A stretch of 64,000 nucleotides of DNA. Origin: Candidatus Bathyarchaeota archaeon (GTDB lineage Archaea > Thermoproteota > Bathyarchaeia > 40CM-2-53-6). The stretch's first letter is position 1; each line of letters begins with the position of its first letter. A program made the translations under genes and the position numbers. Shown here piece after piece: positions 38,540 to 46,658 of the stretch. The notes beneath the pieces are model-generated. The model was not told the origin of the DNA. It made no database searches and saw only the letters and a program-made list of their open reading frames with translations. Where the stretch lies: the NCBI GenBank assembly GCA_005888745.1, contig VBBS01000027.1, forward strand, positions 55,045-119,044. Reading direction: 5' to 3'.

Positions 38540-40552
38540 CTAGCTCCCAGCTATGGCCGCCAACCCCGTGAGCAATGCCCCCCGGAGTCGGCTAGATAAG
38601 CCTTGTCCGAAATCAGGCCTAGAAGCATACGCGGGCGGTGCTTCAACCGGATGGTAATATTGCGACGCTGGCTCGCGCCTTCGCCTTGATACTAGAGCTA
38701 TCAGAACTACGAGGAACAAGAGGGCTAACCCCGCAATGAGGTAGATGAAGGGAATCCCCACGACCTTCAGATTAGTCAGGTTTGGAATCCCATTTATCGT
38801 AACGGTCAAAGTGTTTTGCCCTGAGGCGAACCCGGGCTTCGAGGCCTGAACGGTGACAGTTGGGTTCGAGGCCTGGAGAGGCGTAGTGTAGACGGCCGTG
38901 TAGTTACCGTTACCGCCATCAGTTGGGCTTGAGAAGCTTCCACCAGCCGAGGATGAGAGAAAGATCGTGGCCCCTGTTACGGGGCTGGTTCCGTTTGTGA
39001 CTCGAATCATCAGGACAATCTCACCTCCCGGAGTGATCGAAGCAACGCTAGGAACGGCAGCTACGGTCAAAGGCGGAAACGGATTCAGAGTGATCGTCGT
39101 CAGAGCAGATCCACTTATGAAACCATTTTCACTCGCAATTACCTGAATTATCGAGCTGACAAGAGAGTTCACAAGCGGTGCTGTGAAATTGGACGAATAT
39201 ACACCGATGCTGCCCATGATAGGTTGAGTGAACCCGCCGCCAGCCGATGAGCTAAGAGCAAGAGTCACACCGGCCTGAGGAGTCGACCCATTCGTAACCG
39301 TGATGGTCAGAATCGAAACCTGTCCAGGCTTCAAGCTCGTCACGCTTGGAAATATCGTCGCCTGCAACCTAGGTGCGATTACGCCCAACGCGTAGACCTT
39401 CGTATCCCATGACCCGAAGAAGGCCCTAGAATCCGCGATGGCAGGGGACGAAGATATGCCGGCACCAGTCGTGTACTTCCAGAGCAAAGCCCCCCCAGTC
39501 GCGTTCAGCGCGTAAATGCTGTGGTCACTCGAGCCGAACAGTAGAGTATTCGAGCCGAGCGCCAGGGCTGGAGAAGATGAAATTCCCCCGATCGTACCTG
39601 CTTTGGGATACGTCCAGAGCTGGGCACCGGTCGTGGCGTTGAGCGCGTATAGAATGCCTCTGCCTGTTCCAAAATAAACTGCTCCATTGCTGACCGCTGC
39701 AGAAGTAGCGTTGAATGCTCCGATGTTGAACGTCCAGATAATGGCACCAGAAGTCTGGTTCATCGCGAGAAACCTATTGCTGTCAGCTCCAACGTACACC
39801 CTACCGTAAGCAAGAGCTGGAGCCGTGCTTATCGACGCCGCCACTCCAATAGGAACCTTCCATAGCTGAACACCCGTGGTCTCGTTAACCGCAACAACAT
39901 AGCCATTGTTTTGTCCGAAGACAACTCGACCATTATTGACCGAGGGAGATGACTTGATCGTGTCATCTCCAACATACTGCCAGGCGACCGTGTTGTTTGT
40001 ATAGACTGCCAAGAGAACTGAGTTGAACCTGACAAACCAGGTTCCGTAGAAGATCTTCCCACCAGCATAGACTGGCGAGGATGTGATCGGACTGATGTTC
40101 GCCCTCTGCCAGATCACCGATCCTGTCTGCTCATTGAGAGCATAGACCATCGAGTTTCTTGAGGCGAGATAGACTACGCCGTTCGCGACTGCAGGTGTCG
40201 CGTAGATCGGAGCTGAAGTGCTGAAGACCCACCTCTGAGCCCCGTTGTACTCGTCGAGCGCGTAGAGGTTTCCATCCCAAGATGGGATCAAAACCAGCCC
40301 GTCAACAACGACGGGGGAGGGATACACGTAGGATCCAGTTGTGAAAGTCCACATGAGGTTTGGCCCACTGGGCGAGGATGCTGGAGTAGTTCCGGTTCTC
40401 AGAGCGTCGTGATGGAACATCGTCCAGGGATAATCTGTAGGACCCGGAGAAGCGGCGGGAAAATGTTGCGGAGTCGCTGGTGTTTTGCTAGCGGGTATTC
40501 CTATGCTGAGAAGGAAGAGGGAAAGGATCAGAATAACAACTGCCCATCTCAA
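38540..40552 (-). CDS. exported PQQ-like beta-propeller repeat protein with Ig-like domains and a C-terminal membrane anchor
   Basis: Signal/anchor MRWAVVILILSLFLL, many repeats of the type G.VY.GS.D..VYALNA.TG..LW, two T/S-rich Ig-like modules and a C-terminal TM helix. Confidence 0.7.
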   Translation of the reverse strand: MRWAVVILILSLFLLSIGIPASKTPATPQHFPAASPGPTDYPWTMFHHDALRTGTTPASSPSGPNLMWTFTTGSYVYPSPVVVDGLVLIPSWDGNLYALDEYNGAQRWVFSTSAPIYATPAVANGVVYLASRNSMVYALNEQTGSVIWQRANISPITSSPVYAGGKIFYGTWFVRFNSVLLAVYTNNTVAWQYVGDDTIKSSPSVNNGRVVFGQNNGYVVAVNETTGVQLWKVPIGVAASISTAPALAYGRVYVGADSNRFLAMNQTSGAIIWTFNIGAFNATSAAVSNGAVYFGTGRGILYALNATTGAQLWTYPKAGTIGGISSSPALALGSNTLLFGSSDHSIYALNATGGALLWKYTTGAGISSSPAIADSRAFFGSWDTKVYALGVIAPRLQATIFPSVTSLKPGQVSILTITVTNGSTPQAGVTLALSSSAGGGFTQPIMGSIGVYSSNFTAPLVNSLVSSIIQVIASENGFISGSALTTITLNPFPPLTVAAVPSVASITPGGEIVLMIRVTNGTSPVTGATIFLSSSAGGSFSSPTDGGNGNYTAVYTTPLQASNPTVTVQASKPGFASGQNTLTVTINGIPNLTNLKVVGIPFIYLIAGLALLFLVVLIALVSRRRREPASQYYHPVEAPPAYASRPDFGQGLSSRLRGALLTGLAAIAGS

Positions 40553-40699
40553 TGGAATCCCCTAGCTGAACCCGAACACCTTGCTCCAAGAGAGATTTGG
40601 AGAATCCACAACTAAAGAGACATGTAACTCACGCTTCCACAATCGCGGATGCGACAATCGGAGCAAAGCCGAAAACTAGATTAATCTAGACACGGCACA

Positions 40700-41002
40700 A
40701 CGCCCGAACAAGGTGCAACCTGTCTGATATTCGCCTTCTTAATCTTCTACCGGGTTAGACCGCTGTCTGAGGCAGATAAGAAGAAAGCCACAGCCGACTG
40801 GGCACGGTTCAAGAAAACACTGTCCAAAGAACTCGCGATAGTAGCGGAGTACGCGCACATCTGGGGAACAACCTACAACGGCATGATCCTCGTCGAGTCA
40901 CGTGACCTCTCCACATTCCACGACTTCTGGCACCGTTTCCGCGAAACTACAAGATGGTACGTGCCAGAGACAAGAACATACATCGCCCAGAAAGAAGAAT
41001 AG
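40700..41002 (+). CDS. small ferredoxin-fold (DUF3303/EthD-like) protein; start codon unresolved
   Basis: Found by hand. The frame is open 40685..41002 and reads ..CLIFAFLIFYRVRPLSEADKKKATADWARFKK...ILVESRDLSTFHDFWHRF... There is no ATG/GTG/TTG before codon ~65. ACG 40700, CTG 40724 and ATA 40727 are candidate starts. Confidence 0.4.
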   Translation, partial: TPEQGATCLIFAFLIFYRVRPLSEADKKKATADWARFKKTLSKELAIVAEYAHIWGTTYNGMILVESRDLSTFHDFWHRFRETTRWYVPETRTYIAQKEE

Positions 41003-41263
41003 GCCAGAACTATCCCGAGTATTTCGACTAGGCTCTATACCAAGAATTTCCGACACCCGCATCTCAGTGGGGCACTCAACTCTCCGTCGGATTAGGAGAG
41101 ATTGTGCCACTGTTCCGGAAGGATTCTTAGCTTCGGCACCTTTCTCTCTGTCTTTTGACTGGAAACGCGCTCACTTGCCAGGGGTCTGGCCAGTGAAAAC
41201 GGTCAATAGGAAAATTCGCCCCCTAAGCGACCTTCTAAGCCCGTAGCCCTAGGATGTTACGAA

Positions 41264-41956
41264 TTGCTCACCGAGTCGCAGTCAGAGATGCTTGGGATAC
41301 TGTTCGGAGATGGGTCGATGTCTGAGAATCACAACTCCGTTCAGATCGTCATAACCGGTCACAAATTCGATGACGTAGAGTACCTAATTGGCCGCGTAGG
41401 TCCGATGTTCGCGGAACTCTTTGAAATGCCCCTCAAGGTACATCTAGTGAAAGATGAAAATACGATGATCCTCTACGCTTACTCCAAACGAATTGCCCTG
41501 ACCCTTCACGAATGGGGAATGCCTTTTGGCCGAAAAAAACTGGCCTGGCTCACACCGCACGTCGCATTGGATGAAGTATCTTTCGTCAGAGGCTTATTCG
41601 ACACAGATGGCTGTGTCTATCGCAAGTATGGCCCTTATTTGCAAATCCAGTTTAAGTTCGCTTCCCTTTCGCTCCTTGAGTACGCGAGGGAGTGTCTGGT
41701 AAGACTCGGCCTGAATCCCACATCGATCAGGTGCGACGATACGAAGTTCAGGTTCTATCTCAGCAGACAAGCCGAGGTAGACCATTTCTTTAGGGTCGTA
41801 GAACCCAAGAACCCAAAGCATCTTAATCGTTTCCAAAATGCTTCTCGGAATCGGTCCTACCGCCCATACACACATCGTCCTGAAGCACTCAGAAGAATTG
41901 GAAACCAACCAAGCCTTATAGGACCAATTCTGTGGAAAACACACTCGGTGGGGTAA
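41264..41956 (+). CDS. free-standing LAGLIDADG homing endonuclease (double-motif)
   Basis: Two motifs: MLGILFGDGS and VRGLFDTDGC. It ends 27 nt upstream of the tRNA-Trp gene. Confidence 0.8.
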   Translation: MLTESQSEMLGILFGDGSMSENHNSVQIVITGHKFDDVEYLIGRVGPMFAELFEMPLKVHLVKDENTMILYAYSKRIALTLHEWGMPFGRKKLAWLTPHVALDEVSFVRGLFDTDGCVYRKYGPYLQIQFKFASLSLLEYARECLVRLGLNPTSIRCDDTKFRFYLSRQAEVDHFFRVVEPKNPKHLNRFQNASRNRSYRPYTHRPEALRRIGNQPSLIGPILWKTHSVG

Positions 41957-41983
41957 CTAAGGAAACCTTTCGACATAGGGCTT

Positions 41984-42164
41984 GGGGCCGTAGTCTAGCC
42001 AGACCCACTCCGGGTCCTAGTAAGGGACGACGACGGGCTCCAGAATCTATGAAACATGCACACCGACCAATATCGAGGGATGAGGAAATTCGGGAGCGCG
42101 TGAAGATACCCGTAGACGAGGGACTCGGCGGATGTCGTGGGTTCAAATCCCACCGGCCCCACCA
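41984..42164 (+). tRNA. tRNA-Trp (anticodon CCA) interrupted by three putative introns; CCA end encoded
   Basis: Acceptor GGGGCCG (41984-90) pairs with CGGCCCC (42154-60). The T arm is GTGGG-TTCAAAT-CCCAC. The anticodon arm is ACGGG (42033-37), loop CTCCAGA, and CCCGT (42109-13). A cloverleaf results only if about 22 nt (D-loop, ~42001-42022), 64 nt (37/38, 42044-42107) and 18 nt (45/46, 42116-42133) are removed. Confidence 0.75.
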
Positions 42165-42619
42165 GTGTAGGGCAAATCGTCAGGGACTGGAAAGATCAGG
42201 ATCTCCTCAGCACAGACTTTGGGTCTAACCATGGCTCTTCAATCCGCCTTCGAGTCTGTTGAGGAATGAATCAATGTACTGCCGTGCGATCCCCCAATCA
42301 AAACGGCTGAGAGAGTCCGATCCGGCCCCGTGAGGACGCGTGTCGCATTGTCATCGATTCTAAGCTAGGTTCACGTAGAATGTCTCGGTCCACGTAAGCG
42401 AGTCCATGATGATTTTCAACTCAATACTGCCCGTTGTCTTGTCTGCTTTTGTGGCGTTCCATCTAGCATTCTGAACCACGAGCAGGAGTGCGTCCCAAAC
42501 CTTCTCAAAGGCGTGGGCAAATCTACCTTCTTTTCTAAAGGCAACTTCTCACATTGGGCCTGCAACCTGGCAATAAACTCACACCCCATCGTCTCCTCAA
42601 TGCTCGGGGCAAATTGAAC

Positions 42620-43081
42620 CTACTTCTCTGTTCGATGGAGATGTTTCGCGTCTAACGCCTTGGCGCGCTGTATTAGTTTGGCGTCAATTCCAGTAGTTAC
42701 TGCACTGCTCGAAAACCAGGAGTCGAGTATCTCTTTTGCGATGGCGGTCGAGGTGCTTCTGAGGCTCATAGCCAATACGTTGGCGTCGTCCCACATTCGA
42801 GCACCTTTCGCGGTTTCCGCGTCCCAGCACAAGGCGGCTCGGACCTCTCGGACCTTGTTGGCGGCAATCGTAACCCCGGTTCCAGTCCAACAGAACAGAA
42901 CACCCTGGTCCGCTCTCCCGCTGCTCACGTCTAGTCCTACTTTCTCTCCAACATCAGGCCAGCCCATCGCCTCTCCTTTCAAGGGACCAAAGAGGGTGAC
43001 AGTGTGACCCCTCTTCTTCAACTCCTCGACGACATAGTCTGTCAGAACAGTTTTCTCGTCGCTTCCAACAGCGATCTTCAA
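42620..43081 (-). CDS. rpiB: ribose-5-phosphate isomerase B (RpiB/LacAB family)
   Basis: MKIAVGSDEKT..., GVLFCWTGTGVTIAANK with the catalytic Cys region. Confidence 0.8.
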   Translation of the reverse strand: MKIAVGSDEKTVLTDYVVEELKKRGHTVTLFGPLKGEAMGWPDVGEKVGLDVSSGRADQGVLFCWTGTGVTIAANKVREVRAALCWDAETAKGARMWDDANVLAMSLRSTSTAIAKEILDSWFSSSAVTTGIDAKLIQRAKALDAKHLHRTEK

Positions 43082-43170
43082 GTCTCGATCGAGAACCCCG
43101 TATACCTCAACATAGGTTTTGTGCCGGGAAAGCTAAAGTCTCTCTAGATCACGCTGTGAACTGACACATC

Positions 43171-43665
43171 TTGAGTAGGCCTTCAAAGCAGGTAAGCACT
43201 TCCAAGACCACTCTCTCCAGTCAGATGATGCCTGTGGACGCCAATCCGATGGGAAACGTGCACGGGGGCACAATTCTCAAACTTGTCGATGTCGCCGCCG
43301 GAGTCACGGCCCTGCGACATGCGAGAACTATTGTGGTCACCGCAAGCATCGACCGTATGGACTTTTACCATCCAGTCTATGTCGGCAACCTTCTCAACTT
43401 CAAGGCCTCAGTCAACTACGCTGGAACAACCTCGATGGAAGTCGGAGTAAGGATAGAAGCTGAGGACCTGAAGACTGGTAGAATAACACACACCGGCTCA
43501 TCCTACCTCACCTATGTTGCTATAGATGAGAACGGACAACCAGTCGAGATTCCCGACGTCATCCCGGAGACACTTGACGAAAAACGACGCTGGAGAGAAG
43601 GAAAAAAGCGAAGGGCCGAACGCCTCAAGATCCTACAAGATCGAAGGAGCAAGGGCAAGGCCTAG
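43171..43665 (+). CDS. acyl-CoA thioesterase (hotdog fold, YciA/ACOT-like)
   Basis: ANPMGNVHGGTILKLVD...TASIDRMDF..PV.VG....A.V.Y.G.TSMEVGV. Confidence 0.8.
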   Translation: MSRPSKQVSTSKTTLSSQMMPVDANPMGNVHGGTILKLVDVAAGVTALRHARTIVVTASIDRMDFYHPVYVGNLLNFKASVNYAGTTSMEVGVRIEAEDLKTGRITHTGSSYLTYVAIDENGQPVEIPDVIPETLDEKRRWREGKKRRAERLKILQDRRSKGKA

Positions 43666-43677
43666 GGTCGACAAAGA

Positions 43678-44562
43678 ACGAAAGTCGCAATTGTAGGGTT
43701 CGGCATGATGGGCCGGCAGATAGCCCAAGTATTCGCCCAAAATGGCCACGAGGTCGAGGCCACGGATGAGGATCAGCAAGCACTGAAGGCGGGGCTCAAC
43801 GAAATAGCAGACGGGCCCTACGGATTGCACGCGGCTGTTTCAAAAGGAAAACTGGCTGCAGAGCAAGCTCACAGGACTCTAGCAGCCATCAAGACAAGAC
43901 CCGAGCTAGCGGATGTTTGCAAGAACTCGACTCTTGTGATCGAGGCAGCCTTCGAGGAGCTGCAACTCAAACAGAATCTGTTTCACAGAATTGAATCTGC
44001 TGCGCCACCAACTGCGATCATAGCATCAAACACTTCAACCTTGAGCCTGGACAAGATCACCCAAAGAATCTCAAGGAAGGACAGAACGATTGGAATGCAC
44101 TTCTTTAATCCAGCCCAGCTCACAAAACTCGTCGAGATCGTCCGAGGAACGTCGACATCACCTGAAACACTAGAGAAAGCGTCCCAAATCGTCCGGGAGA
44201 TCGGTAAGACCCCTATCCTCGCCCAAGATGAGCCTGGTTTCATCGCCAACCGTCTCGGACTCACCCTCTACATGGAGGCTTCAAGACTGCTAGAGGATCG
44301 TGTCGCAAGTCTCTCTGACATCGACACGTGCATGAGACTCGGATACAACCATCCAATGGGACCCTTCGAACTAGCCGACTTCGTCGGACTTGACACCAGA
44401 CTTCGGAATCTAGAATCACTCTACAAGTCAACGAATGAAAGTAAATGGATACCACCTCAGATTCTAAGAGAGATGGTCCAACAAGGATACCTCGGCGACC
44501 CTGCTAGAAAGAAGACGAGCAAGGGCGGATACTACGAGTATCTCCGGATAAAGCGAGGATAA
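43678..44562 (+). CDS. 3-hydroxyacyl-CoA (3-hydroxybutyryl-CoA) dehydrogenase
   Basis: The HADH family core is present (NTSTLSL, HFFNPA). The Rossmann beta1-GxGxxG element KVAIVGFGMMG starts upstream of the first ATG (43705). ACG 43678 directly precedes KVAIVG. Confidence 0.85.
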   Translation, partial: TKVAIVGFGMMGRQIAQVFAQNGHEVEATDEDQQALKAGLNEIADGPYGLHAAVSKGKLAAEQAHRTLAAIKTRPELADVCKNSTLVIEAAFEELQLKQNLFHRIESAAPPTAIIASNTSTLSLDKITQRISRKDRTIGMHFFNPAQLTKLVEIVRGTSTSPETLEKASQIVREIGKTPILAQDEPGFIANRLGLTLYMEASRLLEDRVASLSDIDTCMRLGYNHPMGPFELADFVGLDTRLRNLESLYKSTNESKWIPPQILREMVQQGYLGDPARKKTSKGGYYEYLRIKRG

Positions 44563-44611
44563 GAAAATCCCAACCCTTTATACAGAACATAAGCCGTGTC
44601 AACTCCACTGG

Positions 44612-45016
44612 TTGTTATTTGGTGTGTTAACTTCGTTCGTCTCCAGCCGTTACCTTCGAAGTATGACTCTTCACATGTTAGGCGGTCGTCGCATGAACCT
44701 GTCACGTTGGGATGAGGGGGATGACTCCGATCAGGTGACGGGTCAGAAATGGGATAGCCGGTTGGCTGGCCACCGTAAAATCCTTGCTTGGCAATCGGCC
44801 AAGTTACCACGCTATGGGCGTGAGGGGGCGGTTGAGGTTCGACCGTTCCCTGCCAAAAAGAGACTACATGTCTCTGAGGCGCAAGGGCTCGCAGGTGAAG
44901 CAGTGAAGAGGAACCCGCCGACGACGGTAATCCTCCGAGCAGATGAGAGCAAGTCTAGTCCCCCAGCAACGGAAGACTCGACAGAACCCAGAACACAACC
45001 CACAAACCATCGATGA
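44612..45016 (+). other. unassigned segment: either a 134-codon ORF of no recognisable family or a structured RNA
   Basis: The ORF is open across the whole HADH-ECH gap and stops 3 nt before the ECH start. The same segment has complementary GT-rich 5' (44610-28) and AC-rich 3' (44992-45008) ends plus several local hairpins. Confidence 0.25.
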
Positions 45017-45019
45017 TGA

Positions 45020-45793
45020 TTGCTGTACACACACATTCTAGTTGAGACTGAGCCGCCTATCGGAATCATCCGACTGAACCGTCCGAAAGCTCTCAACGCC
45101 CTCAACTTCGAACTTATCCAAGAAACAGTGGAGGCACTCGAAGGCTTCGACAAAGACGACAGGATCAAAGCGACGATCTTGACAGGGGGAGACGACGCCT
45201 TCTCTGCTGGAGCAGACATCAAGGAACTAGCGGAAGCGACTCCTGTCACCTTGATCGAGGAGAACAAGTTCGCCCTCTGGGATCGCTTGAAGAAGATCGC
45301 AAAGCCGATCATAGGAGCGGTCAGCGGCTACATCTACGGAGGAGGATGCGAACTGGCAATGAATTGCGATATCATCATTGCATCCGAGACCGCACGATTC
45401 GCACAGCCTGAAATCAACATCGGAATAATGCCCGGAGCTGGCGGGACACAGCGTCTCACAAGAACCATCGGAAAGTATAGGACAATGGAGATGGTTCTAA
45501 CCGGACAACCCATGACCGCGCGAGAGATGGAGAAACACGGTCTCGTCAACAGAATCGTCCCCGTCGAGGCCTACTTCGATGAGGCACGCAAACTCGCCAT
45601 GCAAATCGCCCAGAAAGCCCCCATAGCCACACGGCTAGCGAAAGAGGCGGTGCTGAAAGCTCTCGACACACCGCTCGAGGAAGGGCTACAATTCGAGAGG
45701 AAGAATTTCTACCTCCTCTTCTCAACAGAGGACATGAAAGAGGGAATGAAAGCCTTCACGGAAAAACGGCCCCCCAGATTCAAAGGACGATAG
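45020..45793 (+). CDS. enoyl-CoA hydratase (crotonase family)
   Basis: ITLNRP-type start (IIRLNRPKALNAL), FSAGADI, GGGCELAM and the active-site Glu regions. Confidence 0.85.
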   Translation: MLYTHILVETEPPIGIIRLNRPKALNALNFELIQETVEALEGFDKDDRIKATILTGGDDAFSAGADIKELAEATPVTLIEENKFALWDRLKKIAKPIIGAVSGYIYGGGCELAMNCDIIIASETARFAQPEINIGIMPGAGGTQRLTRTIGKYRTMEMVLTGQPMTAREMEKHGLVNRIVPVEAYFDEARKLAMQIAQKAPIATRLAKEAVLKALDTPLEEGLQFERKNFYLLFSTEDMKEGMKAFTEKRPPRFKGR

Positions 45794-45796
45794 TTC

Positions 45797-46591
45797 TTGG
45801 CACCTGAAACACTCATCGTCGAAGAACACGACCACATCACAAAGATCACACTGAACAGGCCGAGCGCCCTAAATGCGATAAACGACAAGATGGGCGAAGA
45901 ACTACTCGCGACTCTCAAAGAGACAGAGAAGAGCGACACTACCAGATGTCTTGTCATAACAGGGGCAGGAAGAGCTTTCTCAGCAGGAGAAGACATATCA
46001 GCTCTGAAAGACCGCTCTGGGACAGGAGACCATCCCTCACTCGGGGATCATCTCCGGAAGAAGTATCATCCAATCATAACCCGGATCCGAAACATCGAGA
46101 AACCAGTAATCGCCCGTCTGAACGGCATAGCAGCCGGAAGCGGGGCAAGCTTGGCCCTCGCCTGCGACATCCGAGTAGCCTCAGAGGAGGCGGGCCTCAA
46201 ACAGGCCTTCATCGGGGTAGGCTTGATACCGGATTCTGGAAGCAGCTACTTCCTAACACGAATGATCGGTCCCGGAAGGGCCCTCGAACTCATCATGACA
46301 GGAAAAACAATACCAGCGAAAGAAGCTGAACAACTTGGCCTCATCAACAAAGTCGTCCCCGCCGCCGAGCTTGACAAGCATACAGACGAGCTTGCCCATC
46401 AGCTCGCAACCGGCCCGACCAAAGCACTAGGACTCTCCAAGCGAATCGTGAACAAAGTCATAAGCCTCGAACTTCCAGAAGCCCTGGAGTATGAAGCCTA
46501 CAACCAGGACATCGCTGGACGAACCAGCGACCATCTAGAAGCCGTCAAAGCCTTTCTAGAAAAACGACAGCCGAAGTTCTTAGGGAAATGA
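45797..46591 (+). CDS. enoyl-CoA hydratase/isomerase family protein (second paralogue)
   Basis: ITLNRPSALNA, FSAGEDI, AAGSGASLALACD. Confidence 0.8.
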   Translation: MAPETLIVEEHDHITKITLNRPSALNAINDKMGEELLATLKETEKSDTTRCLVITGAGRAFSAGEDISALKDRSGTGDHPSLGDHLRKKYHPIITRIRNIEKPVIARLNGIAAGSGASLALACDIRVASEEAGLKQAFIGVGLIPDSGSSYFLTRMIGPGRALELIMTGKTIPAKEAEQLGLINKVVPAAELDKHTDELAHQLATGPTKALGLSKRIVNKVISLELPEALEYEAYNQDIAGRTSDHLEAVKAFLEKRQPKFLGK

Positions 46592-46658
46592 GACACGGTG
46601 TGTTTTCCAGGTTTCACGTTTAAGTAACAAGCTCCTCAATCGCGAGAGTTGAATAACC

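Noticed and set aside
44563-45019. RNase P RNA (or SRP RNA) in the HADH-ECH gap.
   Set aside because: The 3' strings resemble CR-III, CR-IV and CR-V (GGUAAUCC..GAGCA, AGAUGA, ACAGAACCC), and the ends pair like P1. However, I could not find the universally conserved CR-I GAGGAAAGUCC, or a matching P4 5' strand, on either strand. The SRP helix-8 GGAA/AGCA arrangement is also absent. The segment is kept only as an unassigned candidate RNA or ORF.
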